NCBI GenBank assembly: GCA_965217585.1
Contig: OZ244561.1
Location: 2,912,001 to 2,976,000 of the forward strand
Length of the DNA stretch: 64,000 nucleotides
From: Candidatus Latescibacterota bacterium
Lineage (GTDB): Bacteria; Latescibacterota; UBA2968; UBA8231
Direction of reading: 5' to 3'
The notes below the pieces were generated by a model. That model ran no database searches. It was not told the DNA's origin and saw only the letters and a list, made by a program, of their open reading frames with translations. Of this stretch, positions 29,000-38,894 are shown piece after piece. A program made the translations under genes and the position numbers. The first letter of the stretch is position 1. Each line of letters opens with the position of its first letter.

Positions 29000-30939
29000 A
29001 AGCTTTCCCCGAGAATTTTTTCTGCCAATGCCTTTTGCTCCACTTCGACTCGCTGCTGGAGTTGGGCTCGCTGCCTTGCCCGCTGATAGTGCGCCGCTGC
29101 GTCCCGTGCCTCTACGTCCCGTCCCAATTGGCGGTACGCCTTGCTTAAGTGGCCTTGGACCCGCCAGTTGTGAGGCTCTAGTTCGGCGAGGCGCAGCCAA
29201 AGGGCTAGGGCTTCGCTGGGCTGTCCCTGCTCTAACAGTACTTCACCCAATAGGAGCAGCCCCGCGCGGTGGTCTGGTGCCAGCGCTAGGGCTCGCGAGA
29301 GCAGCGACTCGGCCGCTGCTAGCTGCCCGTTGTGCCGCAAGAGTGCGGCTGCTTCCACCCGCGCCCGCACGCCATAGACCGGACTGTCTAGGAGCTGGCG
29401 ATAGGTTCGCTCGGCGTCTGCAATCTGTCCGCTGGCAGCGTAGGCACGCGCTAGTTGGTAGCGCACCCGGCTGCTGTCTGGGCTCAACGTTAGCAGCCGC
29501 TCGTAGGATTGCACGGCCTCGTCGAGTGCGCCGCTTGTCAGTTGCGCGTCCCCCAAGCGCCCGAGTAGGGCCTCCTGTCCGCTGCTTGCGACGAGCTGTT
29601 GGTAGATTGTGCGCGCTTGTTGGGGACGGCCCACCGCCATGTAGCGATCGCCGAGTGCCCGCTGCCCGCGCTCGTCGGCGGGCCAGCGCGCGACGAATGC
29701 TCGGCTGATGCCGAGTGCTCGCTCGGGTTTGCCGCTGGCGTCGTAGAGCGCCGCCAAGGCCCAATACACATTCTTGTCGGAACTGCCCGCGGCCAAGGCC
29801 TGTTCGTATGCGGCAATCGCCGTGGCCGTCATGCCCAACTCTTCATAGGCGCGACCCAAATAGCGGTGCTGCGAGGCTTGCGCCGCTCGGTCCATGGCTG
29901 GCGTGCTGGCGTTGACCAATGCCGCGACTAGGACCAAACCCGCCACGGCTACCCCCTTCCACGCCCAAGACAACTGCGCCAGTTGCCCGACCCCGCTCAC
30001 CGCAAAGAGCAAGAGCACGGGTACCAGCACCATGCGCGTCTCGGCATGGGCGCCGTAGAGCGCAGTTCCGATTGCGCCGGTTGCGACAAACAGCAGGGCG
30101 AGCAAAGCGCCCCGCTCTCGCGCCGCCAAGGCAAAACCCACGCCCAATAGCGCAAGCGGCACGACTAAGCCGAAGGGAAACGCCAGACCCCATTTCCATA
30201 GTAGGGCCGCTAGGACAGCTGAATCGCCGCGCGCGTGATACATATCCAGCGCGGGCAAGTGCTCTCCGCCGCGTACGAGGAGGTCGGGCGAGCCGCCCGC
30301 ACTCGTGGCCATCCCCCAAAAATACCACAGCGCGAACGCACAAGCCGTTCCCAGCGCACAGGCCCAACACGTCCGCTGCTTTCCTCCTATCCACAGCCAC
30401 CACAGCACGGCTGGCGTGAAGAGCGCGACTTGCGGGGCAGCTAGCAAGCAAAGGGCCAGCAAAAGCCCGACTCCGAAGAACGCCCTTCCACTGCTTTGCT
30501 GATCGGTCCACAAAAGCGCTGCCAACAGCGAGAGCACCAGAAATACCGCGAGGACCGGGGGCAGTAATGCGCCGGTGAAATAGAGGGCTGGCCCGTACAG
30601 GGCCGCGCATAAAGCCGCGATAAGTCCCGTGCCCGGCCCCCAGAGCGCACGGCCGATTAGGGCCAACAGCACACAACTAGCCGCGCCTAGCAGGACTTGG
30701 ACGTAGCGGGGTGCCAGCCCGGTGGCGACGAGGCCGCGCAAAAAGAGCGGGTACAAGGGGCTGGCAACCGCGGCGTTCCCCTCCCCCCTAGCGGCTTCGA
30801 CATAGGGCCGGCTCGCCGCTGTCGGCACCTCCAAGAAGGGGTTTTGCTCGACCTCATCCAGATAGGTCAGGCGCGGCCAAAGGGCCATGAGCGCGATGCC
30901 GATGACGGCTGCGCCAAAGTTGTCGTTGCGCCAAATCAC
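28996..30939 (-). CDS. Membrane glycosyltransferase (GT-C/PMT-like) fused to TPR repeats
   Basis: Multiple TM helices with SPLYPLFL; C-terminal TPR-like repeats (LGRAYEELG, LGDAQL, LARAYAASG). Confidence 0.75.
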   Translation of the reverse strand: MIWRNDNFGAAVIGIALMALWPRLTYLDEVEQNPFLEVPTAASRPYVEAARGEGNAAVASPLYPLFLRGLVATGLAPRYVQVLLGAASCVLLALIGRALWGPGTGLIAALCAALYGPALYFTGALLPPVLAVFLVLSLLAALLWTDQQSSGRAFFGVGLLLALCLLAAPQVALFTPAVLWWLWIGGKQRTCWACALGTACAFALWYFWGMATSAGGSPDLLVRGGEHLPALDMYHARGDSAVLAALLWKWGLAFPFGLVVPLALLGVGFALAARERGALLALLFVATGAIGTALYGAHAETRMVLVPVLLLFAVSGVGQLAQLSWAWKGVAVAGLVLVAALVNASTPAMDRAAQASQHRYLGRAYEELGMTATAIAAYEQALAAGSSDKNVYWALAALYDASGKPERALGISRAFVARWPADERGQRALGDRYMAVGRPQQARTIYQQLVASSGQEALLGRLGDAQLTSGALDEAVQSYERLLTLSPDSSRVRYQLARAYAASGQIADAERTYRQLLDSPVYGVRARVEAAALLRHNGQLAAAESLLSRALALAPDHRAGLLLLGEVLLEQGQPSEALALWLRLAELEPHNWRVQGHLSKAYRQLGRDVEARDAAAHYQRARQRAQLQQRVEVEQKALAEKILGESL

Positions 30940-30942
30940 GCG

Positions 30943-33612
30943 CTATTCCAATCCTGCGTAGATCGTTATAAAGGTCTGACTGGTGTACCGCGCCTTGACC
31001 TCTTTGAAGGCTTGGCGCTCGATGCGCAGCCCGGTTAGGGCGTGGAGGCTGTAACCCAAGTACTGAGACTGGTTGGTAAACTGAACCGCGCCGGTAATGG
31101 AGTTAAAATCATTGGCATCGACGTCGAGATCGTTAAAAATCAGGTACTCGACGCCGGCTTGGAGTCGGGTGGCTCTCAGGAGGCGAGTTTCGACGACGGC
31201 CGAAAAAAGCTCGTAGAGACTGGTGGAATGCTCTAAGGCAAAGAGACTGCGCGACTGCTTGCGGAACTCGCTCTTCCAGCGCGGCTCCAAACTCAGCCGG
31301 CCCAAGGCATAGCGGTAGCTGGCCTTGTTGATCACGCCAAAGAAGAAGTCCTGCTCGTCTAGCTCTAGGGCCTGTCGGCGGGCCTCGCTCATTAGCTGGC
31401 GAAAGCGCACGTAGTTGACTTTGGTCTGCACGCGATAGGAGGCCGATTGCAAGTTGTGGCCCACAAAGAGTTGGTTGATCCAAGTGTCGCGGGCCAACAA
31501 GGGGTCTTCGACCTTAGTCAACTCGCCGCCGCGCAGGGTGTTGTCCGGGGCCCACTGCAAGAGGGGATTGGGAATGTCGTCCTCTACCAATTTGCTCATT
31601 TCAAAGAAGCGCAAGCGCCCAAAGCGCGGGGAGTTGTTGTCGTACGTCACGAGGGCGTAGGTGCTCTTGTTTTGCTGGTTCGACGAGATGAGTTCCTCGC
31701 GCAGCGCGCCGACCATTACCTTGAGTTGTGGCGTCAGGTTCGCACCACCGTACACATTGTACCCGCGGTGGTCGCGGCGATAGGGGTAATCTGGCTCTTC
31801 GTCGTTTTCGTATTGGTCGATCCAGAAGTTGTTGTTCATGTCCATCCCGAAGAGGAATTCCGGACGGTCGGAATGGAAGCGGAGGAAAGGCTCTTCGTAG
31901 TCGGGCACGGCGTTGGAGCGCACGACGTTGTCGTTTTGGTTGATGTCGGGCACGAAGTCGTTGTTTTGGTCCCAACCCGGGAAGACCTGGGAATCGCCTT
32001 GGAGCCAATCGAAGCGCACCGTGTCGGGGAAACGGTCTTGGTCGTCGTTATCTTCGACGAGCTCGACGATGCCCTCGCGCTCGCTGTCGTAGCGGATCTC
32101 GCCCGTGCCCGTGGTGACAAAGGTCCGCGTATTGTAGAGCGGATCCATGCTGTACGCCTCGCCAAAGACAAAGAAGGGGGCAGCCTTTTTGGATGCGTTC
32201 ACCATCCAAGCCGGTGCCCGGCGGCGACCGCCGATGCCGGACGTAGTGTGGTGCTCGTCGCGCAGGACGTTGGGGTACTTGCGGTAGCTCACGCTCAGGT
32301 CGTATTCGGCGTACAGGTCAAAGCCCTTGTAGTCGCGTATTTCGATGTTGCCGCCGAAGATGTGGGTCGCCGTGGGCAGGCCGTATTCGAAGCGGATGGT
32401 CTGCAAATTGGTGATGTCTTGCACGTTGCCGTCGGCTTGGGCTACGAGCAGTAGCACGGCCTCCCCGTCGCGGTTGACTTGGCGGTTGGACGTCATCCAG
32501 ACCTGGTAGTCGTTGCCCAGCACGAGGCGGAACTCGACTTTGGCGATGTCCTCTTTGGGAAACGAGGCCCGATCGACAAAGGCCGGACTGTCGAAATCGT
32601 AGCTCAGGCGGATCTCCTCCGGGCCGTTGGCGGCGATGTAGCCCTGCTGGACAAAGCCGCCCTCGATGACCGGCTCGAACTGGATGTCTTTGCCGGCATC
32701 GACGGTGCCGTCCTCGTAGGTGATCAGTACGTCTGAGCCGGCCTGGAAGAAGGCGGCTCCACCCGTTCCGTCTCCTGGGGAATCGTCGCGCAGGACGATC
32801 TGAATCAGCGACACGGTCTTGTTTTGGGCCACAGTCAAGGTGCCGGAAAACGGGTTGCCCACTAGGCGGTCCGAAAGCGTGTTCGACTGGTGGGCATTGA
32901 CCGCGTGCAGGCCCAATTGCAAGGCGTCGCTGAGTTGGTAGGCAAAGCGCCCGCCGAACAGCGTGGTGTTGTTGGTGCGGAGTACTTCTTGGTTTTCGGT
33001 TGTCGAACCGCCTGGATTGCTCAAGCGCGAATAGACGAGCGTCCCTTCGTAGCGGTCGGTGGCGAGGTCAAACTGCACGCCGTCCATGCGCGGCTTGGAA
33101 AAGACCATCGGCGAGATCACCGAGCGCATCTGCGCGCTGGTCGTCAAGGTGTAGAAGTATTGGCCCTTGGCGTCTGAGGCGATGACCATGTCGGAAAACC
33201 ACTGTTGGAAGCGGTCGGACTTGAGCAGCGAGTTGCCGAACTGCTGGGGCTTGCTCTGGGAGTTGTTGAAGATCAACCAGCCACGGGTGAGAAAATTGCC
33301 GTACAAGTCGTAAAAGTAGTCGCCTTCGAGGCTGATATCGACGTAGCGCTGGTAGGGGTTGCGGGCGTAGTTGGTGTACTGCCACTGGCGCCAGTGGTAC
33401 TCTTTGTAGAGCTCCTGCGGCACGTACCAGCGGCGCACTGCCGGGTCGAGAACGCCGAGCATGACGTCTGGCCCTTGAGGTGCAAAGGAGGTTTCGTCGC
33501 CCTGTTGTAGCCCTAGGCGCGAGCTGTAATCGACTTGGCCGACTGCCTCCTGGGCTGCGCCAGCGGCGACGAGTAGCAAAACGACGCTAATTCTAGTAGT
33601 AACAGTGTGCAT
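30943..33612 (-). CDS. Putative outer-membrane protein, 889 aa (paralog of 22301..24889)
   Basis: Shares LDPAVRRWYVPQEL, EGDYFYD, SKPR.DGVQFD, VFPGWDQNNDFVPDINQND, PDYEEPFLRF, LEPRWKSEF; ends QTFITIYAGLE. Confidence 0.7.
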   Translation of the reverse strand: MHTVTTRISVVLLLVAAGAAQEAVGQVDYSSRLGLQQGDETSFAPQGPDVMLGVLDPAVRRWYVPQELYKEYHWRQWQYTNYARNPYQRYVDISLEGDYFYDLYGNFLTRGWLIFNNSQSKPQQFGNSLLKSDRFQQWFSDMVIASDAKGQYFYTLTTSAQMRSVISPMVFSKPRMDGVQFDLATDRYEGTLVYSRLSNPGGSTTENQEVLRTNNTTLFGGRFAYQLSDALQLGLHAVNAHQSNTLSDRLVGNPFSGTLTVAQNKTVSLIQIVLRDDSPGDGTGGAAFFQAGSDVLITYEDGTVDAGKDIQFEPVIEGGFVQQGYIAANGPEEIRLSYDFDSPAFVDRASFPKEDIAKVEFRLVLGNDYQVWMTSNRQVNRDGEAVLLLVAQADGNVQDITNLQTIRFEYGLPTATHIFGGNIEIRDYKGFDLYAEYDLSVSYRKYPNVLRDEHHTTSGIGGRRRAPAWMVNASKKAAPFFVFGEAYSMDPLYNTRTFVTTGTGEIRYDSEREGIVELVEDNDDQDRFPDTVRFDWLQGDSQVFPGWDQNNDFVPDINQNDNVVRSNAVPDYEEPFLRFHSDRPEFLFGMDMNNNFWIDQYENDEEPDYPYRRDHRGYNVYGGANLTPQLKVMVGALREELISSNQQNKSTYALVTYDNNSPRFGRLRFFEMSKLVEDDIPNPLLQWAPDNTLRGGELTKVEDPLLARDTWINQLFVGHNLQSASYRVQTKVNYVRFRQLMSEARRQALELDEQDFFFGVINKASYRYALGRLSLEPRWKSEFRKQSRSLFALEHSTSLYELFSAVVETRLLRATRLQAGVEYLIFNDLDVDANDFNSITGAVQFTNQSQYLGYSLHALTGLRIERQAFKEVKARYTSQTFITIYAGLE

Positions 33613-33630
33613 GGCGCTCTCTTTTCGCCC

Positions 33631-36600
33631 CTAATAGGCTACCGCGATAAGGTGGGATCGCCGTTGTCCGGCGCTGGCTTCGACGTCGATGTCCACGTCG
33701 ATCTGGCAGATGTAGAGTCCGGGTGGCACGACGCGGCCGCGGTCGTCTTTCCCGTCCCAGATAAAGCGTTGGTGCCCGCCTTGGGCGGTGCCCTCTAGCA
33801 GGCGCATGGGCCGGCCGTCGAGTGCCCAGATGCGGACGGCGGCTGGCCGTTCGGCATAGACTTTGAACAGCGAAAACTCGATTTGGGCGACGTCGTTTAC
33901 GAGGTCGCCGTTGGGCGTAAAAGGATTGGGCGCGACCGAGATGTCGGCGACGACCTGCACGGCACCGAGCGCGGCGATCGACAGGGTTTGCGACGGCCGC
34001 AGCGCGGTGGCGTCGGCGGCGTCGGCGGGCTGATAGGGCGTGCCGGCCGCTTGGTTGCGCACCGCCACCTTCAGCTTGGTGCCGTGGAGGAAGACTTTGG
34101 CCGCAAAGCGCAGGCGCACGAGGCGGCCTTGACCGACGACCCACCCTCTGGCACGGCCTAGCCGGCTGTACTGGGCCGCGCTGAGCGTGTCTCCGGCCTC
34201 GTCGAAAAGCGTCTGGCTGCCCAAACCGACGACCTTGCGGAAGTAGCGCACGGGTCCTTGGGACTCGGGCGGCAACTCGTCGTAGGCGGCGCGATCCACT
34301 TCCACTAGCTCTTCTCCGGCAATGCGGAAGTAGCGCACCGCGCCGCGCACCGCGTCTGGGAGCAGGGCATGCGAGGTCGCCGTCAGGAGCTGGCCGTCGA
34401 TGCTGGTGGGCACTTCCTCGCCATCGGCAGCCGTGCGAAAATATAGCTGGGGTAGCGCATCGGTGTCGCTGCGGGCGACCTCCGGGAGGCGCACTAGGAG
34501 CGAGTCGCCTTGCAGCATCTGGCCGTCGGTGCTTGCCAGATCCAAGAGCGACTGCGGCGCTCCAGATGCGAACTGCTCCTCGGTGCCTATTGCCACATCA
34601 ATAAGCTGCATGTCGAGTCCCGGATCGGCGCTGATGAGCATCTCGTCGAACCCAAGGCTGCGGACCGAGGTGGGCTGCTCTAGGAATTGGGGCTGGACGA
34701 AAACCTCGAAGGTGTCCAGAACCCCCACTTGGGCTTCGGGCGGCCAGACTTCGGCTCGCAGCCCGAGGGCGACCGGGGTGTGTAGCTCTACGGAGATGCT
34801 CTGTAGCGCTGGTGCGATTTGGCGGTCCTCGCTGAGCAGGCGGGCCTGGATTTGCATGAACTTGCGCAAGCTGGGCGACGTTACCGGGTCGCCGGGTTGC
34901 TGGTACTGCTGGCTCCAAGCACTCCAGCCCGGGCCTATTGCAAAGGATGTGTCGATTGGCCCTTTGAGGAAGGCGAGGAGCTTCTTGTGCTCGGCTGCGG
35001 TCTTTTCAATGCCATTGCTGTCGTAGAAGCGTATCTGCTGGATGAGTTGGTCGCCGGTGCGGGTGCGAATCTCGACCTTGGTGCCCGGCGGCGTTTGGGC
35101 TTCCCAGTGGATACTGCCCAAGGTCACGAGCCCAGGCAGTTCAATCAGAGCAGACTCCAACTCGATTTCTGCGGGCACGCCCTTGGCAAACAGCATCAGT
35201 TCGTTGAAGCTAGACCAGAAGCGGTCGGTGCGGTTTTGGGTGTCGCCGATGAAGTTGGCGAAGGTCAATAAATCGAGGAAGCGCACCTTGACCACGGGGT
35301 TTTGCAGATCGTTGAGGTGACTGAAATTCCCGTTATCGACGTTTTTTATCCGTTCCGGCGGTGTAATCGCGCGCCAGCGCAACTTGCCTTGGGCGTCGCG
35401 TTCTCCGGTTGATGACCGCATCTGATAGCCGCGGATGTTGCCGCCGACGACGCGGATTTGGTCCAACCATACCGTGCCGCCAATGTCGATGGTCAGCACG
35501 TTACCACCCGGGTTGAGGGGGTCTTGGGTGGGTTGCTGATAACGGCTGCTGATATCCCCGTCGAAAGCCGGTGCCGGCGTCTTGCCAGCCGAGGTCAGGT
35601 CCAAAGTGCCGCCACCTTCGACTAGGCCGAGGCTGATGTTGTCTCCCCACCCCCACACTTCGACCTCGGCTAGGCGCGGCAATTCCCGGCGGTAGAATTC
35701 TCGCCGTCCGCGGCGTTCTTCCTCCAAGGACTCGTAGGTCTCGGCGTCCACCGGCTCTTCGCGGCCGGCGAAGTCGCGTACGAAGTGGACGATGTCGCCG
35801 CGTTCATGCGTTGTCAACGCCTCCCATGCGGCTTGGTCGATTTGCTCGGCCCGCCCGCCGCGCGTGTCGGTAATTACGATGCGGATGGTTTCGAGGACCT
35901 TGCCAGTCCAGTCCGGGTCGGCGCTGTTTTGCCGCAGCTTCTTGACACTGCTGATGCCGCTGGAGGCATCTACGAGGCCGAGGTTGACCAGGGCCCCCTC
36001 AGTTGCGGCTGCACTTTCAAAAAAGAAGGCGCGCTGCTGGGTATTGGGGCCTTCGTGGGGGACAAACAGCTCAAAGCTAACCTTGCGATCGTCGGTAAAC
36101 GATAGAGTCTGGTTCCGTGCCAAGAGGAGGAGATATTTGAAGAACGGATCGCCTAACTCCTCTTCGACAAAGCGTACAGAAATGCCCTCTACGGGTACAG
36201 CGCGGCCCAGATCGACCTCGACCCACCACTGCTCGATGGGATCGTCTGGGTCGGGCTCCCAAAAGGTGGTCGGATCGCCGTCGACGATGCGGGCCGCCAT
36301 CTCGATGTTGGAGCCAGCGCGGCTGACTCCGGGCCGCACCAGATAGTCGTAGACGAACTTTTTCTGGGCGTCTTGGATGGGTTGGCCGAGCACATCTACT
36401 TTCAGGGTGCTATCCACATTGAGGATGCGCGGGGCTTTGTTGGTGATCACTACCGGACGGGCGATACTGGGGTCGGAGAGGACGTTGTAGATCGAGCGCA
36501 GGTGCCGCGGACGCACCGCGCCCGAGTTGTCGATAGTGGTCAGATGTTCGGGTTTTTTCCAGTGCTCCCAGTGGCTGCGCCCGGATACGACGATGCGATC

Positions 36601-36690
36601 GTCGACGATGTCGTACCCTTGTTGTGCGCTGGCTGGCAGCCATGCCCACAACAGGCAGTACGCGATGGCACCCCATTTTATTCTTATCAC
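33631..36690 (-). CDS. Large secreted protein with discoidin-like and TPNGDL/FlgD-Ig C-terminal domain, 1019 aa
   Basis: Signal peptide, DGDPTTFW...WWVEVDLG, IRTRTG, WSAWS, PNPFTPNGD, WDGKD, PGLYI, ends IAVAY. Confidence 0.8.
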   Translation of the reverse strand: MIRIKWGAIAYCLLWAWLPASAQQGYDIVDDRIVVSGRSHWEHWKKPEHLTTIDNSGAVRPRHLRSIYNVLSDPSIARPVVITNKAPRILNVDSTLKVDVLGQPIQDAQKKFVYDYLVRPGVSRAGSNIEMAARIVDGDPTTFWEPDPDDPIEQWWVEVDLGRAVPVEGISVRFVEEELGDPFFKYLLLLARNQTLSFTDDRKVSFELFVPHEGPNTQQRAFFFESAAATEGALVNLGLVDASSGISSVKKLRQNSADPDWTGKVLETIRIVITDTRGGRAEQIDQAAWEALTTHERGDIVHFVRDFAGREEPVDAETYESLEEERRGRREFYRRELPRLAEVEVWGWGDNISLGLVEGGGTLDLTSAGKTPAPAFDGDISSRYQQPTQDPLNPGGNVLTIDIGGTVWLDQIRVVGGNIRGYQMRSSTGERDAQGKLRWRAITPPERIKNVDNGNFSHLNDLQNPVVKVRFLDLLTFANFIGDTQNRTDRFWSSFNELMLFAKGVPAEIELESALIELPGLVTLGSIHWEAQTPPGTKVEIRTRTGDQLIQQIRFYDSNGIEKTAAEHKKLLAFLKGPIDTSFAIGPGWSAWSQQYQQPGDPVTSPSLRKFMQIQARLLSEDRQIAPALQSISVELHTPVALGLRAEVWPPEAQVGVLDTFEVFVQPQFLEQPTSVRSLGFDEMLISADPGLDMQLIDVAIGTEEQFASGAPQSLLDLASTDGQMLQGDSLLVRLPEVARSDTDALPQLYFRTAADGEEVPTSIDGQLLTATSHALLPDAVRGAVRYFRIAGEELVEVDRAAYDELPPESQGPVRYFRKVVGLGSQTLFDEAGDTLSAAQYSRLGRARGWVVGQGRLVRLRFAAKVFLHGTKLKVAVRNQAAGTPYQPADAADATALRPSQTLSIAALGAVQVVADISVAPNPFTPNGDLVNDVAQIEFSLFKVYAERPAAVRIWALDGRPMRLLEGTAQGGHQRFIWDGKDDRGRVVPPGLYICQIDVDIDVEASAGQRRSHLIAVAY

Positions 36691-36702
36691 GATGGCACCT
36701 CC

Positions 36703-38307
36703 TTACAGGCGCTCGGCGAATAAGGCGACTTGGCTTTCGCGCTCGGCGCGCAGGCGTTGGATGAGCGCGTCCATGAGTTCGTTCCGGCGCCTTACTTCCA
36801 AGATGCCCCGCGCTCGCGCTCGCGCTTGGGCGAAGGGTTGGATGTCGCCGCCCTCCTTTTGGCGCACTCGGAATACGGCAAATTGGTCTAGCACCTCCAC
36901 TGGCCCACCCCATTCGCCGACCTCTGCGGCAAAGGCCGCGTCCACGAGCTGGGGATAGCGCGCCCGCACCACCTTGCGCAGACGCAACGCCCCGTCGTCG
37001 TGCGGGTCGCCGTGGGTTTCGACGCCCGGTCGGGCCAACAGCTCGGCGACGGTGCTGCCGTTTGCGAGGGCTTCGCGCAACTGTTGGGCCTGCTCGCGGG
37101 TGGGCGCGAGGAGCTGGTTGATGTGGACGGATTCAGCCGTGCGGAAGCGCGTCTTGTTCGCCTCGTAGTACGCGGCGACTTCTTCCTCGCTGGGGACGGC
37201 CTTTGTCGCTGTTTCTGCCTTGGTGAGCTGTTGCAAAACGAGGGCCTTGCGCTTGCGCTCGCGCCACTCGGCGAATTCGGCTTCTCGATCCCATCCGCGC
37301 CGTTGGGCTGCCGCGGTCATCAGATAGGCTGGCAAGAGCGCGGCGCGGGCCAACGAGACGACCTGGGCGCTGTCTTGCAACGCGCCCCGGAAGCCGACCG
37401 AGCGCAGGTCGTAGAGGTATTCGCCCAAGGGAATCGCTCCGCCGTCAAAGCGGTAGAGGGGAAGCGCGGCGAGCGAGTCGGCGAGATCCGGCTCGGCCAG
37501 CAAGGCTTGCAGGCCCTCGTGGTCCAACTGGAGGCCCAAGGAGCGGCTCAGGGTTTCCACTTCGATTTGCAGGCGACTCTGCCACTTTTCGCGGCGTGCC
37601 GCGCTGGCCGCTTCTTGCGCGTAGTCGGCCTTGTCGGCCGGTCGGTCTTCGACAAAGCGGTAGATTTGCCAGCCGCCCGCTATGGGTAGCGGCGCGGCGA
37701 TTTGGCCGACCGGCAGGGAGAGGAAGGTCTGCGGCGGAATGGCAAAGCGCTGCGCTTGGGTGCGCCCAATCCAACCGACGACTCCGTCGCCCTGTGGAGC
37801 GAAAAGGTCGTTGGCCGCAAAGTGCTGCGCGAGTTCGGCGAAAGGCTCGCCCGCGTGCAGGGCCTGCAATACGCGGTCCACATCTTGCTGCTGCCGCACC
37901 AGAATCCGCGCAAAGAGCCGCTCGCGGTCGAATCCCATATCGACGAAGGTGCGCTCGACTTCCTCGGGTGTCACCTCGATTTGGGGAGCGAGTACTTCGG
38001 CTTGGTAGCGCTGGGAGAGTTGCTTGCGGACGAGGGCGTTTAGCTGGTAGCGGACCTCGTCGCTTTGCTCGATCCCCCTAGCGCGGGCCTCTTGCAGCAG
38101 CAGTTCCTGATCGACGAGAGACTGTAGGTGATCGCGCGCGGATTCGCTCTGCAAGCCGGACGGCAAGCGCTCGACAAAGCGCAGGTACTCGGCCTTGGTG
38201 AGGGCCACGTCGCCGACTTGGGCCACGACTGTGTCGTCTGGCGCGCAGCCGAACAGGGTTAAGAGGGCGATAGCGCGCCACAGGGAGCGGGGAGTAGCGA
38301 TAAACAT
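36703..38307 (-). CDS. Peptidyl-prolyl isomerase (SurA/PrsA-like, two parvulin-like domains), probable lipoprotein
   Basis: Lipobox-like LFGC, VVAQVG, LVDQELLLQEARARGI, GEPFAELAQHF, EEVAAYYEANK; start codon uncertain. Confidence 0.8.
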   Translation of the reverse strand: MFIATPRSLWRAIALLTLFGCAPDDTVVAQVGDVALTKAEYLRFVERLPSGLQSESARDHLQSLVDQELLLQEARARGIEQSDEVRYQLNALVRKQLSQRYQAEVLAPQIEVTPEEVERTFVDMGFDRERLFARILVRQQQDVDRVLQALHAGEPFAELAQHFAANDLFAPQGDGVVGWIGRTQAQRFAIPPQTFLSLPVGQIAAPLPIAGGWQIYRFVEDRPADKADYAQEAASAARREKWQSRLQIEVETLSRSLGLQLDHEGLQALLAEPDLADSLAALPLYRFDGGAIPLGEYLYDLRSVGFRGALQDSAQVVSLARAALLPAYLMTAAAQRRGWDREAEFAEWRERKRKALVLQQLTKAETATKAVPSEEEVAAYYEANKTRFRTAESVHINQLLAPTREQAQQLREALANGSTVAELLARPGVETHGDPHDDGALRLRKVVRARYPQLVDAAFAAEVGEWGGPVEVLDQFAVFRVRQKEGGDIQPFAQARARARGILEVRRRNELMDALIQRLRAERESQVALFAERL

Positions 38308-38441
38308 GCTGTTTGATTTAATCAACTGCTAGGCGGGTGTCAAGTTTTTTGCCCATAGGACTAACTGCATGTAATTCTTGTTGTTTAGAAGCTATCTGAT
38401 GCGCCGTGAAGCTCCCCCACCGCCGTAGAGACGGGCCAATC

Positions 38442-38515
38442 GCAGACAAGAATGTCTGCATCACGTTTTGGTCCAACTGACGCAGTGTAGGGACAGGCCC
38501 CTGTGCCTATCGTCC
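38442..38515. repeat. Two REP-like palindromes
   Basis: GCAGACA-AGAA-TGTCTGC hairpin (38442-38459) and GTAG-led GTAGGGACAGGCCCCTGTGCCT..GTCC (38487-38515). Confidence 0.55.
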
Positions 38516-38829
38516 TAGAGGGGCGGGGCCGACCACTTACATCGTCGTGAGGACTCCGCTGCATTGTTTTTGTCGTGGGTCATTTATTGGTTGCTTATTC
38601 TAGCCGAAACGGAACCGGCTTTCCGTTCGTCGGAAGGCGATCCTCATCAAATTAGAAGCTGTTGGGTTATTTGGAATAACGTGAGTTCGGGATAAGCAGA
38701 GGGGCAAAAGCTCGACAGGCTAGTTTTTCGGGTTCAAATTGAGCGCTCGCTTTGATCTCCAGTTGAAGGCGAGCCGTTTTTTATGTGATCTCGGACGGCC
38801 CCCACCGTCTCGCTGGCGGGCTGATGCCT

Positions 38830-38890
38830 TGGCCTTCAGAAATTTCTCGGCGGCCTGTTGGGCGTGGAAATCGACGATCTCATCGGCCAC
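38830..38890 (-). pseudogene. Short fragment of a second HEPN gene
   Basis: VADEIVDFHAQQAAEKFLKA echoes FHVQQAAEKSFKA of the adjacent intact HEPN gene. Confidence 0.6.
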
Positions 38891-38894
38891 TCCA

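Noticed and set aside
29000-29200. N-terminal extension of the 755-aa ORF
   Set aside because: Overlaps the GT-TPR gene; the signal peptide begins at 28999
31447-32454. Long antisense ORFs (this 335-aa one and many similar)
   Set aside because: Shadow frames of GC-rich genes with no motifs or RBS
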